Below are positions 24,352-37,712 of a stretch of DNA of 64,000 nt, one piece after another. Source of the DNA: Octopus sinensis (taxonomy: Eukaryota); NCBI RefSeq assembly GCF_006345805.1, contig NC_043010.1, positions 15,500,001 to 15,564,000 of the forward strand. Direction: 5' to 3'. The position numbers were made by a program, and so were the translations under genes. The notes beneath the pieces were generated by a model. It was given only the letters and a program-made list of their open reading frames with translations. It made no database searches and was not told where the DNA came from. Numbering within the stretch: the stretch's first letter is position 1; each line of letters starts with the position of its first letter.

Positions 24352-24853
24352 TCTATATATATAAAACTCTAGTTGTGTGAGTGTCTGTCCCCTTCGATTT
24401 AGATTCCTAACTCCTCCCACATTTTGCGGTGCAGTTTAACCAAATTCGGGTATCTTATAGTCGTGATTCATATCGAGCCCGTCTGACTATTAGCGCGCGT
24501 CAACGATGAGTCTACGATTTTAAAAATAATTTAACATCATTTTTTATTCCATTTTAATGCAAAATGCATCGTATGTCGATGGCGGCGGAGTTGGCGTCCA
24601 CGCTCACAGCTGCACCTGTTTGCTTCTCCCCTTCCCTCCCTCGTGAAGCTGTGGGGAAGGGAGTGTAAAGAAATCAACGTCGTAATGCGTTGTGAAGGAA
24701 ACCAGCGTTCTTTTAGAACAACGACTCATGGCTTGAAGACACCAAAAACAAAAATGGCTAAGAAAGCCCGAATTTATAAGGGAAGTAACTCTCTAAAAAT
24801 GCTTATATAGTTATTTCCCTTACAAACCGAGCAACGCCGGGCGATACTGCTAG
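24352..24853 (+). mobile_element. Non-autonomous Helitron
   Basis: A|TCTATATATATAAAA start, subterminal hairpin CCGAGCAACGCCGG, end TACTGCTAG|T; inserted between A and T with no TSD. Confidence 0.85.
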
Positions 24854-24867
24854 TATATATTATATAT

Positions 24868-24911
<44 letters not shown>

Positions 24912-24917
24912 TATATA

Positions 24918-25322
24918 GGCGCAGGAGTGGCTGTGTGGTAAGTAGCTTGCTTACCAGCCACATGGTTCCGGGTTCAGTCCCACTGCGTGGCACCTGGGCA
25001 AGTGTCTTCTACTATAGCCTCGGGCAGACCAAAGACTTGTGAGTGGATTTGGTAGACGGAAACTTAAAAGAAGCCCGTCGTATATATGTGTATATATATA
25101 TATATGTGTGTGTGTGTTTGTATGTGTCTGTGTTTGTCCTCTCAACATCGCTTGACAACCGATGCTGGTGTGTTTACGTCCCCGCAACCTAGCGGTTCGG
25201 CAAAAAGAGACCGATAGATTAAGTACTAGGCTTACAAAGAATAAGTCCTGGGGTCGATTTGTTCGACACAAAGGCGGTGCTCCAGCATGGCCACAGTCAA
25301 ATGACTGAAACAAGTAAAAGAG
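24918..25322 (+). mobile_element. Full-length SINE family A
   Basis: Complete head, microsatellite and tail. Confidence 0.95.
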
Positions 25323-25370
<48 letters not shown>

Positions 25371-25374
25371 TGTG

Positions 25375-25405
<31 letters not shown>

Positions 25406-25709
25406 TGGTGTGGGTATATACATACACATATTCACATGTACAGATATGATATAGCAAGAGAGGTCCAACTTCGCTCCTACCACGTACGTGTATATATACA
25501 CATACACACCATGAAAAGACACCCATCATAAAAAAAAATCCCACCGACACCACCAATACCACCACCACTAGCAAAAACCCTATAATCATCCTACATACCT
25601 ACCACCCACACTAACAAAACCACCACCATCACCACCACCACCACCACCAGTTTTCCAGGTCACGTACCCCAGCAATGTTGAGATGATTACAACAGTGGCT
25701 TAGATGAGT

Positions 25710-25744
<35 letters not shown>

Positions 25745-26004
25745 CTGTGTGGTGGCAGGGGGAGAGAGAGGGCAGAGGTGGAGGGAAAGAGAGAGGAGAG
25801 AGATAGGGCAGGGAGGGAGAGAGAGAGGAGGGAGAGCGAGCGAATATATAAGGCTGGCGCCGTACAGTCATCGGTCGGCTTGATGATAACAACAGCAGTA
25901 GCAACTTCTACCCTTAACACCACCACCACCACCACCACCACCACTACCACTACTACCACCACCACTACTACAGCAACAACAACAATAATTTCTAACATTC
26001 TTTT

Positions 26005-26350
26005 ACTCATTTACTGGTCTCAGTTATTGGACTGCGGCCATGCAGGAACACAGCCTGAAAGGGTTGTTTTGTTTTTATATTTAGCTGTTAATCGATCATA
26101 GCGACGCCAGTGCTCGTTCTATCGATCTCTTTTTATCGAACCGCCATATATTACAGAACACGGAGGGGAACCACGACATAAATAAATAAAATAAATAAAC
26201 GCAGATACGGACGGACACATGCGCATAACGACGGATTTCCGCAAAGTTTTCCCTTCTGCCGAATTCCACTGAGAAGGTACAACAGAATTTTTTCAATCGA
26301 TGGCTACAGTGTAGAAGGCAGATGTCTTGCCCCCAAGATGTCAAATAGTC
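26005..26350 (-). mobile_element. Old diverged SINE family A
   Basis: GGACTGCGGCCATGCAGGAACAC...CAGTGTAGAAGGCAGATGTCTTGCCC. Confidence 0.65.
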
Positions 26351-27032
26351 TTGAGTGAACCTAAAAGCAACTTGTCATGAAACGTTGCCAGTAATTTTGA
26401 GAGGAGGGGACATGTCGATTTTATCGACCTATTCGATTCCAAAGGAATGAAAGGCAAAGTTTACCACGGCGGGATTTAAACTCAAAAGAACCGCTGAGCG
26501 TTTCTGTCTGACGTTCGAAGAACTCTAGCTCGCCGCTTTTGCTTATTGTGGAGATGTTGTGTACACACACACACACACACACACACACAAGTAGCCACAT
26601 AACTGCAAAGCAATATGGGGAAAATAGTACTCGAATACCAAGGGTAGAGTAATACGCTTTATTATTAAAAGCTGCGAAATATCCACCGAACTGTTACTCA
26701 GAGTTTCACGTTCCTGTACGTCGAACAGTTTTGATGAATACCTCTTAATCCTTGTGACATTTGCAACTTCCAAGAGTTCCCGTCGACAGTGACTACTTCT
26801 CAGGTGGTCGCTTTCATGTCACACTACAATACACACAAACACATCCTCATCAGATTCTCATGTTATCCCATAGCAGCGGGTCTTTTGGAATACGACCATC
26901 ACCCTTGCGATAGGCATTGCATCGTCGTTAGCGCAGGAAAATGTTAACACGGAAGGGAGCCGTGTCGGGATAACTAGGAAGGAGCTTGTCATACTGATGA
27001 CAAGAATGAGGGATTTCTGCAATATTAGCTCG

Positions 27033-27067
<35 letters not shown>

Positions 27068-27072
<5 letters not shown>

Positions 27073-27250
27073 AGAGTTTACGAAAAAAACAAAAGACGAA
27101 GACAGGTGGTGTACAAAACAAACAGATGTATTAGTATAACGCTCAAGAATAGAAAAAGTCTTTTACGTTTCGAGCTTACGCTCTCCTACAGAAAAGGACA
27201 CAGAAAAAACAAGGAGAGAAAAAATGTGCGTAATGGCTAACGATCTATCA
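27068..27250 (-). mobile_element. Family Y element with hammerhead-like motif (27160-27196)
   Basis: Minus strand TTTT CTGTAGG A GAGC GTAA GCTC GAAACGT A AAAG; joined to (TA)n. Confidence 0.8.
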
Positions 27251-28464
27251 TATATATATCCAAGACCTCTCATTATCTAGTGTGTCTTATTGTTTTCAAG
27301 AGATCTGAGGGCGATTTGGTTTCTATTTCTAACAGGTCGAACGGGTGCATAGAAACCCCTCCATCCGTTGGTTTATTGTGTTTTGTGTGTGTGGTTTCTA
27401 AGCAGGCAAAAGTTGTCTGTCCTTGACAAGCATGGAGCATGTACTTAGAAGAGCATAAAACAAAACAAGAGACACTTAGACATCACCCATATATGTTTAG
27501 AAAACATAAACGAATTGTTTTCCTCTTTACAGATGGGTGTAATTTTAATTAATTAAAATTTATTGACTCACTCTTAAGTATACAAGCGCCCACTTTACGA
27601 GAAAAAACAAAAAAAAAAAAACAAAGGCTGGAGGAAAGAGAGACAGAAAAGAACAGAAAAGGCGGAAAAGAAGAAAAGAGGCAAGAAAGAAACGAAAGGA
27701 AGAAAGAAAGAGAGACAAAGATGAAATGGGGCGGGGAGTGGAGAGAAAACGAGAGACGCATGACACAGGTGACACTTGATCGATAAAAAAAGAGTAATCA
27801 GTCAGCTTTTACGAGTTTGATCTCCCAACCTTTATTGATTTTACTTTTCCAATATATATTCCGATTCCTTAAGAGCTAGGATTAAACAGAGAATAGTTTT
27901 ATGTCGGACACTTGGCTGCTAATCCTTGCGGTTCAAGACAGGCGCAAAGAAACGTTACCTTGTTCGTAATGCGTGTGTGTGTGTGATGGAGGAGTTGTGA
28001 TCATGCCAGGCATGACTATCACCGTTAAGTGCATTTAAGACTACATTATGTAAATAGGCGTTTTTGTTTTTCGAGACGGTGGGGATTCAATTCAAAGGAG
28101 ATTTAGCTGTTTCCCTCTAGAAGTTCCAGAGACTACGAAGTACCCTCGTCCCGAAACGAGGTAGATCTAACTGGTTTGTCAGCTATATCGACAATACTCC
28201 CTAATATTTTCACTGGTACTTTATCTTACGAACCACAGCAGGATGACAAAGTTAACCGCGAGGGGATCAAACGGAACGAAGAGTTTCGTAACTAAGTGCC
28301 ACAAGGTATGCTGTACTGAAAGCTCTAACGAATCATCGAAACCATGTCTAGGTCAGTGACTCTCAACCGGGGCCCATGTAAGATTTTCTGGTTAAAATTT
28401 ATGCGCAATAAAATTGGTTACACTTGGTATGCGGAAAGAGAGGAAGCCCGCCGTGCGCGCGTGA

Positions 28465-28880
28465 GTGTATATGTCACGTAAAAACACCCAGCACACTCTG
28501 TAAAGTGGACGGCGTTGGGAAGGACACCCAGCCATAGAAACCAAGCCAAACCTGGTTGGAGTCTGGTTTGCTCTAATGCAAGCATGGACAGCGGACGTTA
28601 AATGAAGGTTATGATTGTGTGTATATATATATATATATAGTGTATGGGTGTGCTTTTGTATTTGTTTCCCCACGCACACCGCATTTGACAACCGGTGTTA
28701 GTTTGTTTACGCCACCGTAACTTAGCAGTTCGGCATGAGACCAACAGGAATAACAGACTTTAAAAAAAAAATTCTTTTAAAGGGCACCGGAATCGATTTG
28801 TTCGAGTAAGCCCTTCAGAGCGGTGCTCCAGTATGGCCGCAGCCCAATGATTAGTAAAAAAAAAAAAAAAAGTAAAAAGT
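28465..28880 (+). mobile_element. SINE family E 3' part followed by family A 3' half
   Basis: GGCGTTGGGAAGGACACCCAGCCATAGAAA...GGACAGCGGACGTTAAATG, then family A body and tail. Confidence 0.7.
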
Positions 28881-29365
28881 TATGTAGTGTCGACTCCCGT
28901 GCATCATCATAAAGGTTATGTTATTACTGCTATTTCATACTGAACAGGTCAAGAGCGTCTGTTGAATGAGGGTGAAATTGGCTACTGTTTTACACTAAGC
29001 AAAATAAAAAAAACCGTCGGTGTATCCGTCTATTTTGAAAAAATAACGGGACACGATACTTTTTTTTTTAACTGAATAAACGGAAGAATGTATATAGAGA
29101 GTGAACAAGATGCGAGTGTTTTAGTTTTACTGGAGCGAGTGAAGAATGCAAGGTGAATATCACTGCTTTCGTTTCATCGTTTGTTCTAATGTCCACTTAT
29201 CCAAACTTGCAATGGGGTCGGATGTGATCTGGTTGAGGCGGATTTTCTATGGCCTGATTGCTCTTCATGTCTCCAACCCTTAGCTGTTCCCAAACAAGTT
29301 TATATTTCCCAGTGGTCGGACATATAACTTCAAGAAAGATTGCAAATGCCCACTGCTTGTACAAC

Positions 29366-29650
29366 GGTATCTTTTCTTCTTCACAAATGTAAATAAACCC
29401 AATCTGTTTCTTAAACGAGGGACATATTCATACGGCACATAATGCTTTTTAACTCAATAGATGTCATTGATTGGTTGAAATTGCAGAAATTGAAGAAAAA
29501 AACAACAAATATCTTACAAACTATAGAATTTTCTCAATAAAGCCAAGAGAAAAAGATGTTTTATAAACACATTCTACCAGTATACGAAGTTTAAATTTTT
29601 TTAGTTACCTAGAAATTATGTTAAAAACTGCCGTTCAAACGGAAAAGATC
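29366..29650. mobile_element. GGATC-MITE, one end missing
   Basis: Family interior plus one TIR at ~29622-29650. Confidence 0.85.
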
Positions 29651-30913
29651 TCGAGCGAGTTGTGTGGTATTGCTTGTTTTACTGAGCGAGTCAGGGAGTT
29701 GAAAGCTTCATTTTACTCAGCGGATCGTGTTTAGGATGAGTAAGCAAGATAATGATTGTTCTGCTGAGCAAAGTCAAGAAAAACTTTACAGTTAAGACAT
29801 TCGCTCGTACAACAAACACAGAATTCGTGAATGTATTTATACTGGTAAGTTAACAATGTGATTGATGTAAGGTTAGCAGTGTGGGTAGTCGGGGTAGAAA
29901 GGATACAAAAAAAAAGAAAAGAAAAAGAAAGGTTTGTTGAGTACAATTGACTCAACTTGCCTCTCAACATAACTGCATAAGTGTAAGTTAGTCAACGCTT
30001 AGACGCATACACATACATACGATTGTGAGTATATACGCGTTTTGAATGGCGCATCAGTGGGTGCGTGAGTACATAAAATACACACACAAACGCATCTATG
30101 TATGTGTGTATAAACCAAAAAGGTTTGTTTGACTATCCAGTGAAAGAGAAGAAAAGGAAGGCATAAAGTAGCCTTTAGCTGTTTGTGCAAAGAAAGAAAC
30201 ACACACAAACAGAAGAAGTGTACGTCAGTAAGAGGGTCTATCGAAGAAAGAAAGAAAGAAAGAATGAATGAATGAAGAGAGAGAGAGAGTAGTGTATGTA
30301 TGTGTGTATGTGTGAGGGAGTGTGAAAGAGAGATGGGTTTTAAAAAGCCGATGGCTGTGGTTTCAAAAACAGAAGCAAACAAGTCGTGTACAGACGGTGA
30401 AATAAACTTGATCTTCTAGTGAAACTCTGGAGATAAGGCTGGAACGGAATGTAGAGTGTGGTGGTAGAGGTGATGGTATATATATATATATACTGATGCT
30501 TTGTATATAAGGGGCACACACACACACACACACGTATGTATGTACGTGTAAAGTGTACGCACACATATTTATATTACAGGAAGACACGTTGGAAGAAGGA
30601 AGAGAGATAGAAAGAGTTTTATTATTAGAGATACGAGGCTGTCAAGGTAGGCAGACGTAGAAAGGGAAGAGAGAGAGTATGCGTTTGTATGTTATTTTAT
30701 GTGTGGATGAATATATAGATATATATATACACACACATATATATATATATATATATTATACTGTAGGGAAATCAAGGTAGAGATACGGGGTGAAGAGACA
30801 AAGCAGCATATATATGGAGAGACCAGAAAGAGGTAATGAGTAAAGATGGAAAGACGTCAACGCAAAGTACTTGAAGGGGTAGCGAACGATGATTATAGTT
30901 AACTATACACACG

Positions 30914-31005
<92 letters not shown>
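30914..31005. repeat. (CA)n(TA)n microsatellite; further TA/CA tracts continue to ~32000
   Basis: Directly visible. Confidence 0.95.
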
Positions 31006-31012
<7 letters not shown>

Positions 31013-31181
31013 ATATAGTATGTTTGTTCGTGCGCGTGTGTGACGTATTTCTGCGCAGAAAAGAGAGAGAAAAAAATAAGTTTTTTTTCTTTTTATTATT
31101 ATTATTTATTATTTTTTTCCAGTTTGAAAGACAGTAATGTATGTCAGAAAGAGAAAGAATGTAATGTATGTGTGTGCGTGC

Positions 31182-31212
<31 letters not shown>

Positions 31213-31755
31213 ACACACACACATACACACGCGCACGCTATAGACATAAATAGAGACGACTGTTAAAAGCTAGTAGACAGCACGGTGCCGTGCTTCAGAC
31301 ATTCGACCACACTCACAATAAGTTTATTACTTCGCCGCAGCCAACCGACAAGTCAGCAGACACAATATGTATACACACAAATTATATACACATATACATA
31401 TATAATATATATATATATATGTGGCATATAAATATAGATAATAATCGTCAATGTGTACGTGCGTGTGTTCATTTGTGTGTGGATGTATATATATATATAT
31501 ATGTATGTATGAAAATATGCGGGTATAATAATATATATAGTGTGTGCGTGAATGTGCACAGCATATGAATACACCCACGATGTATTTATATGTATTTAAG
31601 CAATTGATGTAAGCCTCTCTTCATCATCCCTAGATGCGTGTGTATATGTGTATGTACGTACACACACACATACACAGCGAATAATATATACACACATTTA
31701 CAGATGTAATATATTACGTGTCTATATGGATAGAGAGACACACTACATATATTTA

Positions 31756-31799
<44 letters not shown>

Positions 31800-32271
31800 A
31801 TATATATATACATACATAATCATATATACATAATCATATATATATATATATATACATAATATATACACAGTATATATATATATATGTACATATACATACA
31901 TGCATACACACGCATATGTATATATTACTTGTGTCTATATGTGTACATAGACACATACACTACATATGTATGTATGTATATATATATATATACACACACG
32001 TTAAAAGCCGAGATATCCAAAGCTGACCATGCATGTATACTCGCTCTAATAGTGGTGATGGCTGTAGTAGTAGTAGTAGTAGTAGTAACTGATGAATGAT
32101 CATATATGAAACGCGAGTGCAGATGCTTGCTGTTTAGCCCATGGCCAGGACTGAGCGCGAACACCTTATAATGGATCAAAGACGTCCCAACATAAGCATC
32201 CCGTCTCTGTTTCACACACACACGTACGAGCATACGTACACGTATGTGTGCGTGTGTATAAATATATATAG

Positions 32272-32608
32272 GGTATTTTCGGTTTGAACGGCAGTTTTTA
32301 ACATAATTTCTAGGTAACTAAACACTTTTAAACTTTGTATACTGGTAGAATGTGTTTATAAAACATCTTTTTCTCTTGGCTTTATTGAGAAAATTCTATA
32401 GCTTGTAAGATATTTGTTGGTTTTTTTCTTCTTCAAATTCTGCAATTTCAACCAATCAATGACGTCTATTGAGGTAAAAAAAACCATTCTGTACCGTATG
32501 AATATGTTCCTCGTTTAAGAAACAGATTGGGTTTATTTACATTTGTGAAGAAAAAAAAAAAAAAAGAAACCTTTCCCCCACCCCTAACCCTAACCCTAAA
32601 ACATTGAA
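32272..32608. mobile_element. GGATC-MITE, truncated
   Basis: Left TIR present; breaks off after CCCTAACCCTAACCCTAAAACATTGAAATGCA and is followed by a family A 5' half (32640-32800, minus). Confidence 0.85.
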
Positions 32609-33143
32609 ATGCACACATAAACGTCCAGCTTTCACGCAGTTTCGGGCACACAAACACACGACAGCTTCTTTTAGTTTCCGCCTGCCAAATCCACTCACAA
32701 GGGTTTGGTCGGACCATTACTATAGAAGGGTGCCGCGCAATGGCAGTGAACTCAAGACGACACGTTTCGGGAAGCAAGCTTCTTACCACACAGCCACACT
32801 TGCGCTTAATGAGGAAAAATCTTTCTTTACCAAATTCTTCATGAAGTTCAAAAAGTCATGGAAACAATGGCAGAGTATTTCAACAGAAAGAATGGTAACA
32901 ACGGAACTTCGTGTTCAAGCTTCCACCTCCTTTAATAATATAACTTTGGAAAGTTATATCAAGGTGGCGAGCTGGCAGAAACGTTAGCACGCCGGGCGAA
33001 ATGCTTAGCAGTAATTTCGTCTGGCTTTACGTTCTGAGTTCAAACTCCGCCGAGGTCAACTTTGCCTTTCATTCTTACTGGGTCGATAAATTAAGTACTA
33101 GTTGGGTACTGCAGTCGATCGAATCGACTGGAATCCTCCTCTA

Positions 33144-33540
33144 GGATCTTTTCGGTTTGAACGGCAGTTTTTAACATAATTTCTAGGTAACTAAAAAAAT
33201 ACTGGTAGAATGTGTTTATAAAACATCTTTTTCTCTTGGCTTTATTGAGAAAATTCTATAGTTTGTAAGATATTTGTTGTTTTTTTTCTTCAATTTCTGC
33301 AATTTCAATCAATCAGTGACGTCTATTGAGGTAAAAAACATTCTGTGCCGTATGAATATGTCCCTCGTTTAAGAAACAGATTGGGTTTATTTACATTTGT
33401 GAAGAAAAAAAGATACCCTTCCCCCACCCCTAATCCTAAAACAGATTTAAATGCAATAGATCGATTCTAGGGTTATAATTATGGGTGACAATTTCATATG
33501 ACACTGCTAGAAAAAACTGCCGTTCAAACCGAAAAGATCC
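33144..33540. mobile_element. GGATC-MITE with 8-bp TSD CTCCTCTA, inserted in a family B-like SINE (from 32964)
   Basis: TSD at 33136-33143 and 33541-33548. Confidence 0.95.
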
Positions 33541-34204
33541 CTCCTCTAAGATTTCGGGCCTTGTGCCTAGAGTAGAAAAGAATATAGCTTTGGAAAGAAA
33601 CACAAAACACGCCCTTCGCATTCTACACTTTGAAACCTGGATCCAGAAATTGGAAAACAAAATAAAATATAACATCTTTTTTATAAAAAAAAACAAAAAA
33701 AAAACAAAACAAAAAAACGGAGATTTAATCGCACAGATTATAAATGTACTTATGCATTAATTATAAACAGAAATAGCGAATGCGTTTATTTTAGTTTTGG
33801 AAATAATGAAAGAAATGTGCACTCGACAAAGGACACATTGACGAAGTTGTACTGTTTCACTTTCTGAAGACAAAATGCCGTTGTTTCCTCCTATTTATAG
33901 ATAAGTTCTAAGGTTACCTGTTAACAGACGAACATGGTATTAAAACCACTTAGAATGGTATAAAGAACTCAAAGAAGTTTTTTTGGGGGGTGGGCGAGAG
34001 TGGTGGGGAATAGGTTTCTGCTAAGGCCGTGTCTTGAGTACCGATGCGTTTCCATTTATTTAAGTATGAAAATACAATTATGAATGCAAACAAAATATAT
34101 ATTTAGGATATTTTCGGTTTGAACGGTAGTTTTCTCTAGCGGTGTCCGTGTACAAAAGCAGGATGACAACGAAAAATAAGTAACAATTAAAACTCCCAAT
34201 AAGG

Positions 34205-34425
34205 GGGAGAGTGGATGCCAAAGAAATTGGTAAAATTGAGAAATATCAGGACCTAACCAAAGAGTTGAAGAGACTGTGGAAGACTAAGTTATTCCTGTGG
34301 CACTGTTTGCTACTCAAGAGACTGGAAGATATTTGGAATTAAGATTCGTATTGGCGACCGACCTGCAGAAAGAGTGCAAATCCTGAAATTCTGCAAGAAT
34401 ACTAAGGAAAGATTCTTGAGATATG
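34205..34425 (+). mobile_element. Degenerate 3' fragment of an R4/Dong-like (restriction-like endonuclease) non-LTR retrotransposon
   Basis: Reads RVDAKEIGKIEKYQDLTKELKRLWKTK, then across frameshifts VIPV...LQKSA...ARILRK..LEI*. This matches the EK.EKY.DL..E..RLW...LQK.A...ARILRK C-terminal motif of that clade. Confidence 0.7.
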
Positions 34426-34430
34426 AGGAG

Positions 34431-34836
34431 GGACCTTTTCGGTTTGAACGGCAGTTTTTAACATAATTTCTTGGTAACTAAAAAATTATAAACTTCGTAT
34501 ACTGGTAGAATGTGTTTATAAAACATCTTTTTCTCTTGGTTTTGAGAAAGTTCTATGGTTTGTAAGATATTTGTTGTTTTTTCTTCAATTTCTGCAATTT
34601 CAACCAATCACTGACATCTATTGAGGTAAAAAAAACATTCTGTGCCGTATGAATATGTCCCTCGTTTAAGAAACAGATTGGGTTTATTTACATTTGTGAA
34701 GAAAAAAAGATACCCTTCCCCCACCCTAACCCTAAAATAGATTGAAATGCAATAGATCGATACTAGGGTCATAATTAAGAGTGACAATTTCATATGACAC
34801 CGCTAGAAAAAACTGCCGTTCAAACCGAAAAGATCC
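34431..34836. mobile_element. GGATC-MITE with 8-bp TSD ATGAGGAG
   Basis: TSD at 34423-34430 and 34837-34844; a lone TIR fragment also sits at 34107-34146. Confidence 0.95.
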
Positions 34837-35138
34837 ATGAGGAGACCTTTTGCCATCACAAATCCCAAGACAGCATTCCTGCTAATTAAATTTATATATA
34901 AAAGTTTTGGCCAACGCCGGTGACGCGTAACCGGCACGGGTGCCGGTGGCACGTAAAACGCACCCTTCGAATTTTGGGTCTTACGGAGGCATTGACATGT
35001 GAGCGACAGTTATCAATAGGACAAGTACAAAGCTTTAAAAAACACGTCCTAGGGTTGATTTGTTCAACTGAAACCCTTCAAAGACCCTTCATGCTCCAGC
35101 ATGACCGCAGCTAATCAAATGACTGAAACAAGCAAAAT

Positions 35139-35211
<73 letters not shown>

Positions 35212-35317
35212 ATCACCGTGACCGACCAGGCTATCATATGTTGCTACACATCGCTGGTCACAATGCACTTCGCATTGTTTTTTAGCCTTCAAATGACGCC
35301 ACCTCGCTTTAAGAAAG

Positions 35318-35478
35318 GGAAGAAAGAGTGAGAAAGAGTACAGCAGGGATCGCCACCACCCTCTGCCGGAGCCTCTTGAAGCCTTAGGTGTTTTCGCTCA
35401 ACGCCCAGTCTGGGAATCGAAACCGCGATCCTACGACAGCGAGTCCGCTGCCCTAACCACTGGGCCATTGCGCCTCCA
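35318..35478 (-). mobile_element. SINE family D, 5' part
   Basis: Reverse complement of the 9686-9850 head. Confidence 0.85.
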
Positions 35479-35979
35479 TATATATATATATATATATATA
35501 CATACATACATCACACACACACACACACACACAAGAAGTTGAACAAGTAAAACAATTATATCAAGTAATTAATTTAAGAAACAAGAACGAAACAACATGA
35601 ACAGACAAGTCTATACACACACACACACTGTATATACCTGTAGCATTAAGTTTATAGCAAGATAGGTGAAGTATTCTGCCAGAGGCGACTTCAAACGGAT
35701 TTGCCGACTGTCGGGCTGGTTCTCTGATGTTTGAAGCGACTTCATAGCCAACTGACCTTCGACCCATTTTACAATGGGGATGAGGGGGGGGAGAAGAAAA
35801 GAAGAGAGGGGAGAAGAGGCGTGTGGCAGGAAGAGGAGGGTCAACACAAAAGAATAGAAAAGTCGTTTAAGGTGACAGTGGAGGTGGTAGATGTGTAGGG
35901 GAGGGTGTAATGATACAGGGCACCGTATATACGTTTAGGATGTTAAAGAACAAAACTACAAGGGTTTAACGAACACGGG

Positions 35980-36035
<56 letters not shown>

Positions 36036-36059
36036 ATATAACGAATAGTAAGTAGTTGT

Positions 36060-36480
36060 GGATCTTTTCGGTTTGAACGGCAGTTTTTAACATAATTTCC
36101 AGGTAACTAAAAACTTTTAAACTTCGTATACTGGTAGAATGTGTTTATAAAACATCTTTTTCTCTTGGCTTTATTGAGAAAATTCTATGGTTTGTAAGAT
36201 ATTTGTGGGTTTTTTCTTCAATTTCTGCAATTTCAACCAATCAATAACGTCTATTGAGGTAAAAAAAACAAACATTCTGTGCCGTATGAATATGTCCCTC
36301 GTTTAAGAAACAGATTGGGTTTATTTACATTTGTGAAGAAAAAAAAGATACCCTTCCCTCAACCACTAACCCTAAAACAGATTGAAATGCAATAGATCTA
36401 TACTAGGGTCATAATTATGGGTGACAATTTCATCATATGGACACCGCTAGAAAAAACTGCCGTTCAAACCGAAAAGATCC
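36060..36480. mobile_element. GGATC-MITE
   Basis: Complete TIRs; no TSD recognisable. Confidence 0.95.
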
Positions 36481-36892
36481 TGAGGAGCAGGGATTAAGGG
36501 GGTTTGGCAGAGATACGGAGAGTACTGCACAGCCTCCATCGCTCCCTATCTTTATACTCGCACGAACCTTAGAACCAGATATAAGAAAGACTATCAATAA
36601 TGGTTGATGATACTGATTTCAAATTTTGGGACGAGGCCAGCAATTCTGGGTGCAGGGTAGGGGTAGGGTAAGTGTTCAAGCAGGTGCTTTATTTTATCGA
36701 CCCCGAAAGGATGAGAATCTAAGCAAGACCTCGGCGGAATTTTAACTCAGAATGTGGAAGACGGACGAAATGCAGCCAAGCATTTTGTCCGGCTTGCTAA
36801 CGATTGGTCTTTAACACGAGCAGAAGGACAGCTTTGTTTCTCCTTTTACTATTGTTGTTTTGTTGGGGCGTGGGTGGTACAAGCCGAATGTG

Positions 36893-37308
36893 GGATCTTT
36901 TCGGTTTGAACGGCAGTTTTTTTCTAGCGGTGTCATATGAAATTGTCACCCATAATTATGACCCTAGTATCGATCTATTGCATTTCAATCTCTTTTAGGG
37001 TTAGGGGTGGGGGGAAGGGTATCTTTTTTTCTTCACAAATGTAAATAAACCCAATCTGTTTCTTAAACGAGCGACATATTCATACGACACAGAATGTTTT
37101 TTAACCTCAATAGACGTCATTGATTGGTTGAAATTGCAGAAATTGAAGAAAAAACAACAACAAATTTCTTACAAACCATAGAATTTTCTCAATAAAGCCA
37201 AGAGAAAAAGATGTTTTATAAACACATTCTACCAGTATACGAAGTTTAAAAGTGTTTCGTTACGTGGAAATTATTTTTAAAAAACTGCCGTTCAAACCGA
37301 AAAGATCC
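36893..37308. mobile_element. GGATC-MITE, reverse orientation
   Basis: Complete TIRs; 48-bp flanking duplication. Confidence 0.95.
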
Positions 37309-37712
37309 CAGCTTTTTTCTTCTTTTACTATTGTTGTTTTGTTGGGGCGTGGGTGCTGACCTCGGCATCATTGAAACAGACCGCACGATCAATTCTGTGG
37401 CAGATTTTTTTCTTCCTTTCTCGGTTTAAACACCAGCAACCGTGTCCTTGAGTACATTTAACGGAGTTCATTCCGTTGCAAAATATTCGGGTCAAGTCTC
37501 CATTTTGAGGATTAATGGACACTGACCCCTCCCACTCCACAACTTCAGTTAAGCGCAACTTCACATAAAAAAGCTTACAATCGTTAAAAAAAAAAAAAAA
37601 GAAAACTAGATTGAAGAAACATCAAAAGAACGAGTTGAAGCGAACAATAGTGAGATGTAGCTTCGACATTAACTGTACACAGTTCGGACAAAGGTTAGTG
37701 TAAACCCGACTG

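Noticed and set aside
32573-32598. Interstitial telomere
   Set aside because: Only 1-2 CCCTAA units, and they are a constant part of the MITE.
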